A stretch of 64,000 bases of DNA from an uncultured virus (IMG/VR IMGVR_UViG_3300035126_001036) (IMGVR_UViG_3300035126_001036:1-64000); one strand, 5' to 3'; positions 20,401 to 33,256 are shown, numbered from the stretch's first letter. Notes: generated by a model from the sequence alone, not told the origin. A program made the numbers and translations.

Positions 20401-21736
20401 GAACATTGGGGAAAGATGATACCTATTCCAGATGATGAAGAATATCAAAAACAATGTGATTTCCACAAAGAACTTTATACTGATTATTGTGAAAAACTTC
20501 AAAGAGGGAAATTAGGTGGTAAAACATGGACCCATTAGAAGAAAAAAGAATGTATTCTTATTTTGGTCGAATCCCATCTATTGACTTGTCTGATTATGAG
20601 TACCATATTTTTCTTACTTGTGCAACTGCAGAAGAACTAGAGAAAGATATTCTTAAAAAAGAAACATTGGTGACAATTGCTAAAATGTTGGGGAAAGATT
20701 TGACCAAGTGGGGATGGGATCGACTGGACACTCAATAATCTGGCACACTACTCTTGCTGAGTGGCGTGCTTTTGGTTTATAATACTAAAGTAAATCCTGG
20801 AGCAACAACATGACTGACGAACAACTAATTGAAAAAGTGGCCGAAATTCTCTTTAAAGAAGAAGAACTTGATTGCCTTTACATTTATGACAATCTTGAGG
20901 CTCTTTTTATCGATGAAAGGCCCGAACTTCGTAAAAAGTATCTAGAATGGCAAAAGCATGAAGAACTTCGGGCAAAGGAGCAAGAAGTAATGGAATTAGG
21001 ATTTCGACTAGCAAAAGCACAAAGAGAACTTGAGGAGATTAAGGGACAGTGAACAATCCTAAACTATCTGCATTGGACCTTTCCGTAATTCTTGATACAC
21101 TCACTAGAACTCTATCAATTGCGGGGTTTGAACAGGCTCTGGGTGGTTATACTAAAGATGCCAGAGAAGCCGTTCTTGAAAAAGTTTATGCAATTATGGA
21201 CAATATGGAAATGGAAAATTTATAATTATGATTTTTATAGTAATTATTTTACTGTTGATATTGGCGGGATACCGCGTTGAAATAAAATTTGGAGACCTTG
21301 ATGACTAAAGCTGAAATTTCAAACCTAATTACACCAGAATTTCCACCATGCAGAATAATTTAAAAACACTTGACGAACATAATAAGATTGTTGAAGAATT
21401 AAGAAAAATTCAACAGACCGGCCATACTGGAATCGCCTGTCCGAATTGTGGGAATGAACTTTTTGATAGTTCCCCTGGACTTCTTCTACTATCTAATCCA
21501 CCACAATATAGAGTTTTTTGTAGAGTATGCAATTGGATGGGGTGTAGGTACTAATGAAATTATCTAATTACAGGATTAAAAAAGTCACAAAACCTAATGG
21601 TAAAGTTTGGTATTTTCCACAGAGAAAGATTCTGGGATTTTTGTGGCGTAATATAAGCAGCGGATATTCAGATTTTCATTGGGCAAATGACAAAATTATA
21701 GAGGATTATGAATCTTATTTGGGGGATTTAGTTTAA
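17487..21736 (+). CDS. array of small hypothetical ORFs (incl. 17487-17930, 17921-18190, 18643-18873, 19162-19611, 20082-20285, 20296-20538, 20526-20738, 20810-21052, 21348-21554, 21554-21736)
   Basis: Co-oriented, often translationally coupled; no recognisable domains except CxxC pairs in 21348-21554. Confidence 0.6.
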
Positions 21737-22060
21737 TAGAATTTGCCCGAGAAATGTATAAAAGAGGGCAACAAGAACTTAACCAAATCAAATAATTTCT
21801 AGTATCATTAAAACACAACTAATTGGAGTAATTTTATGAGCATTTCGACTAATGGTCAACTTTGCTATGGGTGTCTTTTTGAAGAAGACTATGAATTTCC
21901 ATGGAGTAATGATGAGTTTGAATATGATATTGAGTTATGGTGGAGACATATTAAGGGGTTTGTAAATCCCATAGAAACTCCTTATGATGGAAAGGATCAT
22001 AAACAGTTAATCATTCGCTACTAAATAGTAACGTTAAACAACAAACTTTACTAAATAAAT

Positions 22061-22654
22061 ATGTATGTAACTTTAAGGGAGGCAAGAAAACAACTAGGAC
22101 TTCATCCAAATACCCTTAGAAAGTATGCCGATGAGGGGATTATTGAAACAATAAAAACTCCATCTGGACAACGAAGATTCAATGTTGAATCTTTTATAAA
22201 ACAAAAACAAAATAGTTTACAAACAATTCTTTACTGCAGAGTTTCAAGTGCTAGACAAAAAGACGACCTCCAAAATCAAAAAAATTATCTCATCTCAAAG
22301 TACCCAGGAGCAGAGGTTATTATTGATGTCGGCTCTGGACTCAATTTTAAACGAAGAGGTTTGCGTTCCATTTTGGAACGATTATTGCAGGGAGATTCAA
22401 TCCAACTTGTGGTTGCCCAGCGTGACCGACTTTGCAGATTCGGATTTGACCTCATTGAATATCTCGTCGTTAAAAACGGTGGAGAAATCGTGGTTCTCGA
22501 TCAAATCGAGCACAGTCCAGAAGGAGAACTTGTATCCGACATCCTTTCTATCATCCATGTTTTCTCTTGTAGAATACATGGGATGCGAAAGTATAAAAAT
22601 CAAATCAAAGAAGATAAGGATTTACCCAAACCAAACTCAAAGACAAATCCTTAG
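22061..22654 (+). CDS. tnpA: IS607 serine recombinase/transposase
   Basis: MerR-like HTH (LGLHPNTLRKY...TPSGQRRF), YCRVSS catalytic motif, DVGSGLNFKR, DRLCRFG. Confidence 0.95.
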   Translation: MYVTLREARKQLGLHPNTLRKYADEGIIETIKTPSGQRRFNVESFIKQKQNSLQTILYCRVSSARQKDDLQNQKNYLISKYPGAEVIIDVGSGLNFKRRGLRSILERLLQGDSIQLVVAQRDRLCRFGFDLIEYLVVKNGGEIVVLDQIEHSPEGELVSDILSIIHVFSCRIHGMRKYKNQIKEDKDLPKPNSKTNP

Positions 22655-23735
22655 ACAATGGTTTGGTGCATCAAGATACACTTATAATGAAACCGTTAAG
22701 TTTTTAAAAGAACCAGATACTAAGGCATCTTGGAAATCAATAAAAACTGGTTTGATTCATTCTTTACCCGATTGGGCGGAAGAAATTCCTTATCAAATTA
22801 AATCTGTTGCCGTAAGAGATTGCTGTAAGGCAGTTTCTATGTGTAAACGAAAAAATAGAGGAATTCCACCAGAAGATTGGCATGAAGTTAAATTTAGAAG
22901 CAGACGTGAACCAAAACAAACAATTTACGTTCCTAAGACTTCTATATCTAAAAATGGTGTTTATCACACTATTTTAGGGAAATTAAAAATGAGTGAAATG
23001 CTTCCCGACAACATTATGGATTCAAGATTAACATTAGATAATGGTAGATACTTTTTAATAATTCCTTACGAAGAAAAAACAATTCCATGTGAGAACCAAG
23101 CAAGAGTTGTTTCTTTAGATCCAGGAGTTAGAATATTCCAGACATTTTATAACCCAGAATTTTCCGGGGCTATTGGTGATGGCGACATTGGTAGAATAAC
23201 CAGATTATGTTATCATCTTGATTCTCTAATCTCAAAACGAGATAAGTCTAAGTCTAGAAAAAAATATAGACTCAATAAGGCTATCAAACGAATGAGAAAT
23301 AAAATCAAAGATTTGGTCGATGAAATTCATCATAAGACTGCAAGGTTTTTGGTTGATAATTTTGATATTATTCTTCTTCCTTCATTTGATGTAAGTCAAA
23401 TGGTTAAAAAGGGTAAGAGAAAAATCAACTCTAAAACGACCAGATCTATGTTGACATGGGCTCATTATAGATTTAAGTGTTTTCTTAAAGACAAATGTGA
23501 AGAATTTAATAAGGTTCTTCTTATTGTTAATGAGGCCTATACATCAAAAACAGTGTCTTGGAATGGAAAAATTAATTACTCTTTAGGTGGATCTAAAGTT
23601 GTTAAAGACAAAAACCATTGTGTCCCTAGAGATATTAATGGAGCCCGAAATATTTGGGTAAAAAGCGTCTCAAGAATTCTTGAGGCTTTGGGAGATAGCC
23701 CCTCAAGTAGCAATACTTGTGCATTGTTAACGTAA
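22578..23735 (+). CDS. tnpB: IS607 TnpB RNA-guided nuclease with Fanzor-like rearranged RuvC
   Basis: KIRIYP HTH; RuvC-I LDPG; canonical RuvC-II Glu replaced (IILLPSF) with a Glu in VNEAYTSKT; RuvC-III RDINGARNI. Start uncertain: frame is open back to 22248. Confidence 0.85.
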   Translation: MGCESIKIKSKKIRIYPNQTQRQILRQWFGASRYTYNETVKFLKEPDTKASWKSIKTGLIHSLPDWAEEIPYQIKSVAVRDCCKAVSMCKRKNRGIPPEDWHEVKFRSRREPKQTIYVPKTSISKNGVYHTILGKLKMSEMLPDNIMDSRLTLDNGRYFLIIPYEEKTIPCENQARVVSLDPGVRIFQTFYNPEFSGAIGDGDIGRITRLCYHLDSLISKRDKSKSRKKYRLNKAIKRMRNKIKDLVDEIHHKTARFLVDNFDIILLPSFDVSQMVKKGKRKINSKTTRSMLTWAHYRFKCFLKDKCEEFNKVLLIVNEAYTSKTVSWNGKINYSLGGSKVVKDKNHCVPRDINGARNIWVKSVSRILEALGDSPSSSNTCALLT

Positions 23736-23814
23736 GTTAGCAAAAATCTATCGGATCACGGAATTGATGTTATTAATGTAAAGGATATTAAGAAGATTAT
23801 TGAGGAACTTGAAA

Positions 23815-26800
23815 ATGAGTAAGGCCCAAAAAATCTGGGAGGCATTTAAGGGAGAACTCACCCAGCCCGCAACTGATGATATGAGAGAAGCCTTGGCAAC
23901 CGCATTTCGTGAATTAAATACTTTGTGTTCAGAATCACTATCACCAAACCAGGATATGGATGAGTTTTATGCTAGGCTCTATGGTAGTAGCGATTATGTC
24001 GTTTATTCTGACGAAATTGACAAAGTAGTAAATGAACTAGAAGAACTAGAATGAATTCAAAGAGAAAGATAAAACGAAGACTATCCTATGAGGTCTCTTT
24101 TTGGTATAATGGAAATAGAGAAACAAAATATTTTCATTCGGCCAAGAAAATGAGGACCTATGTTAATGGTATTCACGAAATTACTGAAGTTGATTTCCCA
24201 ACTGTGATCATTGAAAAAACTTGGTGTTATCGAAACCACCACCCAAAACATAAATGGTGGTACGAATCCACTGAACCTAATCAATTCATTTGTTATGAGA
24301 AATATTAGGACACCTGACCAACCGTCCACTCTGCCTTGTGGTGGAGTGGACTTTGACTTACAATAACGAAGTAAACCACCGAACTCCTTATGAATAGTTT
24401 GAACTATTATCTTTACAGATTGAGATTGACTATTGATGGGTGGAAGTATTGGATGACCACTCCTTATGAAGATTTGCAAAAAATTACGAGTCCATATAAT
24501 CCAGATGAACTATACTGGAGTGTCCGTAAAAGTGGACATACAATTGCCGCAAACTTTTGGTATATGGTAAATGATGGTTATTATGATATGATTGATGAAT
24601 GGGAGGATTTATGAGTTGTATAAAGCAGGACACTTGACCAACCGTCCACTCTGTCTTGTGGTGGGGTGGACTTTGCCTTATAATGCCCTTGTAACCCACC
24701 GAATTCCTTATGAACGAACAACTACAGGCTCAAATTACGCAAATTCTCTCTCAGATTATGGTATCAGTCGGAGAAGTCAAGGATTTTTCTGTTGCCCAAC
24801 TACCTGACATTGCCCAGCAGTATATCACTTATGGCCTATGGGCAAATGCTTTTTATGCTGTATTTTCTGGTATGGTTGTTATTGTATGTGTAGGTCTAGG
24901 TTGGGGCATTATTAAATATGCTAACGATGAAGAAGATGGAGATGTTTTTGTGGGTTTTCCTATCCTCTTTGCTATGGGATTTGTTAGTTTTTTTATTCTT
25001 CTTGACAAAATCCATAACCTCATTATGGTACTGACCGCACCCAAAGTGTGGTTCCTGCTTGAACTTAAAAACCTTCTTTCTTGATATTATGGGATTTTTT
25101 CTGCTTTTTCTCTATCTTCTAGCTCTATTTCTTGGTTTTGTTTTTGTTGCCGGAGATTCTAATTCTAGACCAATAAAAAGAGAATCCACTGTAAAATTCT
25201 GCATCGAGAAACCTGTAGAATGTAAAAAAGAGTTTGATTTTTATCAAATGCGCGAAGAATTCAATTCATCCAAGGAGAACAAATGACCTACATTATCAAA
25301 CACGACTTTAATCAAAATGTTCCTTACTATGTAAGGCTAGTTAACGACAAGACTTTTGATGAGATTTACGACCCAACTTTTGCTACTCAATTCAATACCA
25401 AAAACGAGGCCCAAAAGTGGATTGACACTTACTCATCAATGGCCGAACACTCACAGGTTGTTGAAACTGCTGATGCGGTTCAAGAGTATGAGAAATGGGT
25501 TAAGTCTGGTTCAATCAGGAGAACTCTGGCCTGTGTTAACACTTCAATGTCTAGGCCTTACAATGATGAACCTCTTGATGAGGTAATTGATTGGTGGATT
25601 TATGCAAAAGAGAATGATAGAGAGATCAAATTTAAGCATTATAAAACTTGGCCACAACTTTATAGTATTTCCAAACATCTTTGGGATGTAAATCGATATT
25701 CTAATCGTAATTATACAAATTATTATATTTCTTTTGAAATTTTCACCCGGAGAGATGGCAAGTTTGAAGATTTTGAATCAGAATTAAATAAGGTCATTGA
25801 CAAAGTTACCTATAAAGATGATGAAGGTTATTTAATCTTCTCAATTTTTGACCATTATCTTTCTGAGCACGGTAATAGTGTTTCTTTGCTTATTCATCCA
25901 GAATCTAAACACGTAAAGATTAGTGGACGATACTCTTATGATAACAATGAGTTTTCTTCCCTTGAAGATGCATTTAATTATATGAAAAAGGAGCGTTATT
26001 ATGAGTGAACAAGACGCAAACGTTTGTCCTAAATGTGGTGGTTATTGCTATAGAGAGTCTGTAGACATTGGGGTTGGTGTTATTCACGGCCCATACGGAT
26101 GCATTAATTGCGGGTGGTCTGAAGATTCTTATTATGACTCTAGTGATGGGACTTGCCAAGCAGAATTAGAAAATCCAGAGTACCGTTATGATTCTCGTGG
26201 TGGTGCCAATACAATTACACCGTCAGTAAGAGAATCTACTGTAAAATTCTGCATTGAGAAACCCGCAGAATGTAAAAAAGAGTTTGATTTTTATCAAGCG
26301 CGAATAGAATTTAATGCATCTAGGGAGAACAACAAGTGAACTTTGACGACGAAATTACTATTTACTACCTAATTGCATTATCTGGAGTTGCGGGTCTTGT
26401 CATTGCTTTTACTTATAATTCAAATTCGTATACCAATGGATATAATAAGGCTGTTAAGTTTTGTGTAGAACAGCCACAAAATTGCAAAAATGATTACAAA
26501 CACCTAAAACTTCAGGAGAACAACAAATGACTAAATCTAAAAAACTTTGTGTAAATCTTACTCCAGAGAATAATGGAGGAGAGAGTGTTTATCTAACTCT
26601 CACTGTAGTAGACCCCGACTGTATCAGCGAAGAACTATCTCTTCTGTCTTATGGGAGTTCTGCGTCTTTTAATACATTTGGAGTTTTTACTTCAGAAAAA
26701 CTATTCAAACTTGCCAGAGAGGTTTTGCAATTTGAATTGAGTTTGCGTGAAGGGGAGAAACCAGAATGAGCAAAGATTATTGGGAAAAACTATCCTTTAT

Positions 26801-29800
26801 TATTGATGGAGATGATGGGGAGGGAGACGAAGAAGGTTATCGGGACAAACTTTATGCTGTTTTAGAGGAATTGTTTCAACGAACAGATGAACTTCAATCA
26901 AAATCTCATATTCACAGGTATCAACTACCCGAATATAAGGAAAAATTGGAAGAATTGAAGAAATTGAAATGAACAATCTAACTGAAATTCCAACTCTAAA
27001 TGAAACTAACTATCAAGAATTTCTTGAAAAAAATTTGAAAGACATTTTTGTTTATGAGACTGAAGAATATGACTATCACTATTATCTTCCAAGTCATTAT
27101 ATAATCACTGATAGTTGTAAAGTTTCTACAAAATACAAACTACAAGCATAACAATGACAGACCCCAATAATCCAAAAGTCATAAAATCTAAAAACCAAAA
27201 TTATTCCCAAAGTATTCAAGAATGGGTTGAGATGGGGCAAGTTTGGAAAGAACATCTTGAAGAACTTGAAAAAGACAATAAAAACCTAAAGTTTTCTAGG
27301 GACTTTTATAAATCAAGGTGCGAACTTCTAGAAAAAGTCCAAAAGTATATGAGAGACCCAGAACGAACAATTGTTTGTGACATTCTTGCGAACAATGCCT
27401 TACTCCCAGACCCAAAAGGAGAACGATATGGGCAAGACCTTTTGCCTCTTGTAAAAACTAGCTTCTTTCCAAAAGACCTTGAGGATTTATTTAAAAAATG
27501 ACTAACGAAGAGAAAACACTTAAAGTAATTAAAGCAGTGCTTCTTCTCATTGCTATGTTCTTACTGATAGTTCCAGAACCTTCTGGTGCTACTAAATGGA
27601 TTTCTGGATTTTTATTTGGAGCGATTGTAAATGATCGACTTAAGTAAACTTTCAAGTAAAGAACTTTGTGAACTTGAAAAGCAAATTGAAGAACATAAGA
27701 AAACAAGAAAAGACCTTGAGGGTTGGAAAATCACCTTTACTATAAGATACAATCCATTTAAGACTCTAGCACTTACTAAAGATAGGTTTGGAGATGATAC
27801 AATAGGAGACCTTATGGCAAATGAAATTGCCAATCTGATTATTAGGCAGTTCTGTCTTTCAGCCCCCGAAGATGTAAGTGGCTGTGATGTTGTTGAAGCA
27901 ACTCAAGATGAAATTAGTTGGTAATAATTGAAATGACTAAATCACAAGAAAACCAAAATAGCCCGCAATCTCCTTATGAACCTAACACAATTCTTTGACG
28001 CTTCAATTAAACTTCAAAATTATGGATATAACATCTATTCTATTAAGGAAGACGAATATAAAAACTACTTTGTAACATTTGCTTATGCTGATGTTTGCAG
28101 TGCTCTCGCCTTTGGTGGAATCAAATATACAATTGATTTTGGTCCAACACCAAGATATGTTTATAAAGAAGAGCCTAGGACGGATGTATATATTAATCAA
28201 AAGGTCTCCACTATTGATGAGGCAGTTGATTTCATCATTGCCGATATTCAAAAACTTGAACAAGAACTAAAAGAACAAGAACGACAAAAAGTTCTTGATA
28301 AACTTACTCAAAGAGAAAGAGAACTGCTGGGGGTTTAATTATGAAAGTAAAGTATCTGAAAGAACACCTACAAAATCTTCCTGATGATATGGAAGTTCTT
28401 GTATCTCATCACGATGGTTATGAGAGGGTCTGCACTTCTAACTTTGGAGCATATTCTGGAACTGTTGGATATGTGGAAATAAGAAGTGATGAATATGGGT
28501 TAGAATGGGTTGATTGGGTCTCACATACACAAGAAACTTATGAATATTGTGATAATTTAGGTAAAGAACATAAGATTGTCCCAGAGAAAAAAGAAGTTTT
28601 TATTTTGGATGTTTGATTATGAAAGTAAAAGACCTGATTGAAAAACTCCAAGAGTATCCAATGGATATGGAAGTTGTTGTTGATGGTGGTTTGTTTGAGT
28701 ATGATGCTGATTTAGACCCCCGTGAAATAATTGTGAAAAGTGGTACATCATTCACTCAATACATTTCGCAAAGAAGGTATGAGCAAATGTATGATGATGC
28801 AGAATGGGATGATAGTTTTGTTGACGAAAAAGTTATTTACTTGGGGTGACTATGATAACCAAAACACAATGGGATGAGATTTGTTCTTATGTTTATCGGG
28901 CAAAAATAATGGGACTTGACCCATTATTTAAAGGAAGACGAGTTAGTGAAGTTGACTTAACCAAAAAAGAAATCGTCACTATAAAACGAGGAGAACCAGT
29001 TATCAGATATAAACACCCCGATTCATTTGATAATTATAAATCTCTTGATTATTTACAAGAAATGGTTTCATTTGAGAGCATATCACTAAAACAAATTATT
29101 AAATTTTCTAGTGAGATTGCATAATGAATAAAATACTACAAGGTTGGAAAATGATACTCCATGACTATCGGTATTGGAAACAGATAATTGATTATCCTTA
29201 TGATGCTTTTGATCGTGCTGTTTTATTTGGTAATCTTGGGCAACCACCAAACTCACTTGTTGATTATATCAAAGAATTGAAACGACTTGACCCAGATTGG
29301 GAAAAGAATTACTATGATAATCTCTGTATTTTATATGAAGAAGTTGATGAGGTGAGAGAATGAATTACAACGAAATCGGAAAGTACAAAAGGCCAATGAA
29401 TCTTTTCGAGAAACTTGTTACCGGATGGAGACAGATGTTTGACAACCAATGGGAGTGGTGGTATCATCTAACGGAGACCCCAGAAGAAATGTATTTTGAG
29501 TTTTGGTTGATGTTGAATATGGATATGGTCGCTTATGAGGACGAGCTTTACTACAATGGAAAATAATTTATGAACCCCGAGTATCCTTTTGAAATCCTAA
29601 TAAAAACAGTAAAAACCATTAGGAGTTTGAAGCACGATGCTGGTTTCAAAACCCAAATCATTCCTAGTGTCACCATTTACATTACCGATAATCCCACCTA
29701 TCTTGGGATTGTCTTGAATAATTGGGAAAAAGTATTACATATGGTAAAATCAGAACAGATGGTCGTGCATTACACGGACACCCAAGATTCCGAAAACAGT

Positions 29801-32800
29801 TTTCTTATGGAGTTGCAACCCCAATGAAATACTATAGATACCATTGTCCATCTAATCTAGGGTTGGACGTAACAAGAACTCTGAGCGAAGAACAAATTTT
29901 GTGTGAATATGGACTTTTCTGGTTTAATAAGATGTACCAGAAATATGGCAAAGAGTACGTGGATGCTAATTTCACCAGTAAAGATTGCATAGAAGATTTT
30001 ATTGTGGTAAACTGGGCCTACGAAGTCAAAGGAACCGGAACTTTTTTGAATGATTATGAGCCAGCATAAACACCCTTACGAAAAAACACTGTCCATCATC
30101 ACACTCATAAGAAGCCTTAAACATGATGCTGGAATTCCACATAAACCAGTTCCAAGAGTATTAATCAAAACTCAAGACAACTTTGATGAATTTTTAGTGC
30201 TCGTTGGTTCTTGGGAAGATATTATGTTTATGGAGAAGATTGAGAAACTAATTTTTGTTTTTAATGATACAATCAATCCTGATAATGATGTTGCATTTGA
30301 ATGTACCAAAGAGGATGGAGCGAAAATTCTGGTTTCTCAAGAAGACTTTGAATTTATGTTGAAAATTACAAGGAGTATGGGCCATGGACCTTAAAGATAT
30401 TATTAGGACACTTGAACAACTGGCACACAGGGTATCCAGAGCTGTCTGTGATACCTTATAATGATATGAACCATCAAAGGAGAACTGATGACCAAAACAA
30501 AAATGATAAAAGTGGATCAACACGAAGAGGATACATACAAGTATGTCGTGTTGGGCGATAAAGAAAGCAAAGGAGAAAAATTGGCGGTCGCATTTCTAAC
30601 TTTTAAAGAGGTAGAGAAAAATGACTGAAGAAGAACTAATGGTTCTTTGTTGAACTTGTAGGAGAACCATACTACTAATAAAACTATGAAATACATCCTC
30701 CATTCTCTATTTAAGTATCCACTTCTTTATGTGGCACTAGATGGTATAACAACACTTACTGGCCTTAATATCTGGTGGTGTTTTCTTATCCTTTTCTTGT
30801 TTTCTATTTTTTATGATCTAGGAGAGTATATCTGGAATAATTATTAATGGACAAACCAACTTTTCCAAAACCAAGATTAATTCGTGAAGATTTTTTACCC
30901 AATCAACCAATGAAAAACTATCGCATTAAAAAAGTAACCCACTTTGATATTGAGGGAACCGAATGGATTACTTATTCTCCACAGGTAAAGTTTTTATGGT
31001 GGTGGACAAACGTTTTTGATGGAGCACCATTAGGGTATTATGGGTTTTCAAAACTAGAAGACGCTCAAAAATACTTGTGTAATTACCTAAAGAACGATAT
31101 TGTAGAATTTATTGACTTTGACCCTTCCCGAGATTGCAAATGAAAGTTTATTCACTTTACCACCACAACAAATTTGTGGCCTCTTTTCCCTCAAGAGATG
31201 AGGCCATTGACTACGGCAAATCTTGTGGTGGAGACGCCTGGGACTATAACATTATTGAAGAATATTTGAGTAAAACTCCATTCAATTATAATCCCTACCC
31301 TCTTACAAATCCTGGTCCAAGTATTCCATTTACTCACCCACCAGTAATATCAAAACCACCTGCCAGATTTCCTGATTCTTTTCCTGAGATCTATTGTGAT
31401 GGAGTAAAGGCCGGATGAAATTAGAAGACATCTTTAATACAAAGATAACATCTGAAATAATAGATACAACATACAAAGGATTTCCTGCGTCAATCGCAAG
31501 AGAAATCATTGAAGATTTGAAAGAAGTTTACGGAAGTCAAGCATTAGAAAAACTAAAATATATTTTGGAAGAGAGGTATAAAGATAAAATGACTTGTAAC
31601 TATTATGATTGCGGATGGTGCTATGCCCCAAATGACATAAAAACTAATGCTACTCAAGGAGAATGTACTTTTCCAGAAAATTGTCCTTATTTAAAATCAC
31701 AAATGACTAACCAAGCAAATTGTAATCATCGCACACCACCAAAACATCACGTTGATTATTTGGATGAAAGAATGGTGATTGTGAATGGAGTATCTTATAC
31801 TAGAGAGAAACCAACTCCAATCGTTATTCAAAAAGACGAGAACACCATTATAGTTGGTGGAGTGAAGTATCAAAAGATGCAGACTCTCACAATCTATGAA
31901 TTTCTTGTTCAATGTGAATATGGAGAATTGAATCCCCCTTATTTTGATTTTGATAAAAAAATTGAAATTGAAAATTACGCAGAAAACTTCTTAAATTATC
32001 TTTATGAGTATTGTGATGTAATTGAAGAAGATGATAATAAACTTGTCGTGAGTATTTCTAAAAAACAAATGGTAATGCCAAATGACTAACGAAAAAAAAG
32101 ACAATTATACTAGAATTACATCAACTCATCCGATTGATGATGATATTGTTATTATTAATAATGTCAAATATCAACGAGTTGAACCACCAAAACCACAGAC
32201 TCTTTCACTTTATGATGCTCTTGAACTTCCTTATCACACTATAGGATATATGTTCAGTAAGGGGCAAAAAGAGTTGATTTGTAATACTGTACGAGGTTGG
32301 CTAATTGACCACACAGTAATTGAAACAGAAGATGAAGAAAAAGGTTACATTTACTATTCATAAAGAACAATTGCAAACACCAAAATGACTAATCAAGAAC
32401 CTCCTGATATTATTGAAATCGGTGGTGTAAAATACAAACCTGGTTAAAAAATTCACCTGGAGGTAAAAATGACTGATAGAAATCAATGTTTATTGGTAAA
32501 TATATATTATGGTGATGCTGTAAGTAAATTTGATAAACTCCTCACTGATATAAGACAATCCTACATAAAAGAAAGTTTTCATTCTTCTGTTCATGGACAG
32601 TGTTATAAATTTATTATCATAAACTACAAAGAGCGAGAAGCAATCTCTTCATTTCTTTTAAATAAAGAAAATGTTTTTACACATAAAACCATCAGACTGA
32701 CTGATGAACAAGTAAACTTTTTAATTGAATTGTTTTTAAAATGAAATCCTTTAACATCAACGAAACGGTTAAGGTTCGTCTTACAGAGTATGGTAAGAAA

Positions 32801-33207
32801 CTCCACAAACAGCAGTGGGAAGATTTTTGGAGTTCTATTGGTAGATTGAAAGAAAATCCTTATGAACCACCCGAAGAAGATGAAAATGGATATGCAAAAT
32901 TTCAGATGTGGTACTTAATGGAAAAATTTGGAAACCACTGTGGACTTTGTAAAGAACTTGCGTTTGAAACTGTGATTCTTATTGATGAAAAACATTTGAA
33001 ATGACTTATAAAGACTTTATGAACCTTCCAGTTTATGCCATAAACGATTTACATAATATTTTTTGTTTAAAATCCAAGTACTCTATGGATTTTACGTCAG
33101 AAGAAAAACAGATTATGGAACATTTTTTGAGATTTGAAGAAGAGCAAGAAAAATCCAAAGAACTTTGGAAACAGAAAAATCAACTTGAGAAACTTTTTAA
33201 AAAATGA
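23815..33207 (+). CDS. long array of small hypothetical ORFs (incl. 24051-24308, 24390-24614, 24710-25084, 25283-26008, 26001-26339, 27154-27501, 27631-27924, 27976-28338, 28341-28616, 28846-29124, 29570-29827, 30847-31143, 31415-32089, 32469-32744, 32741-33004)
   Basis: Co-oriented, coupled ORFs with several internal paralog families. Confidence 0.6.
24308..24714 (+). repeat. about 87-bp direct repeats (promoter cassettes) flanking ORF 24390-24614
   Basis: 24308-24394 and 24628-24714: ggacac.tgaccaaccgtccactctg.cttgtggtgg.gtggactttg.ctta.aat...ccaccgaa.tccttatgaa. Confidence 0.9.
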
Positions 33208-33256
33208 CTAAATCAAGACCCGAATAGTAATAAAAACCAATAAAAATCTAAAAACT

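Larger units (their letters stand above)
21996..23754 (+). mobile_element. IS607-family insertion sequence (tnpA + tnpB)
   Basis: Serine-recombinase tnpA overlapping tnpB; GGATCA at both junctions (21994-21999, 23753-23758), consistent with the GG core used by IS607 elements. Confidence 0.85.
21836..23822 (+). pseudogene. small phage ORF interrupted by IS607
   Basis: Joining 21995 to 23755 gives ...ETPYDGKD|HGIDVINVKDIKKIIEELENE* (stop at 23820-23822, overlapping the next ATG at 23815). Confidence 0.65.

Noticed and set aside
21092..21280. Track ORF 21092-21280
   Set aside because: An overlapping frame starting near 21049 (VNNPKLSALDLSVILDTL...) is coupled to the upstream gene and more plausible.
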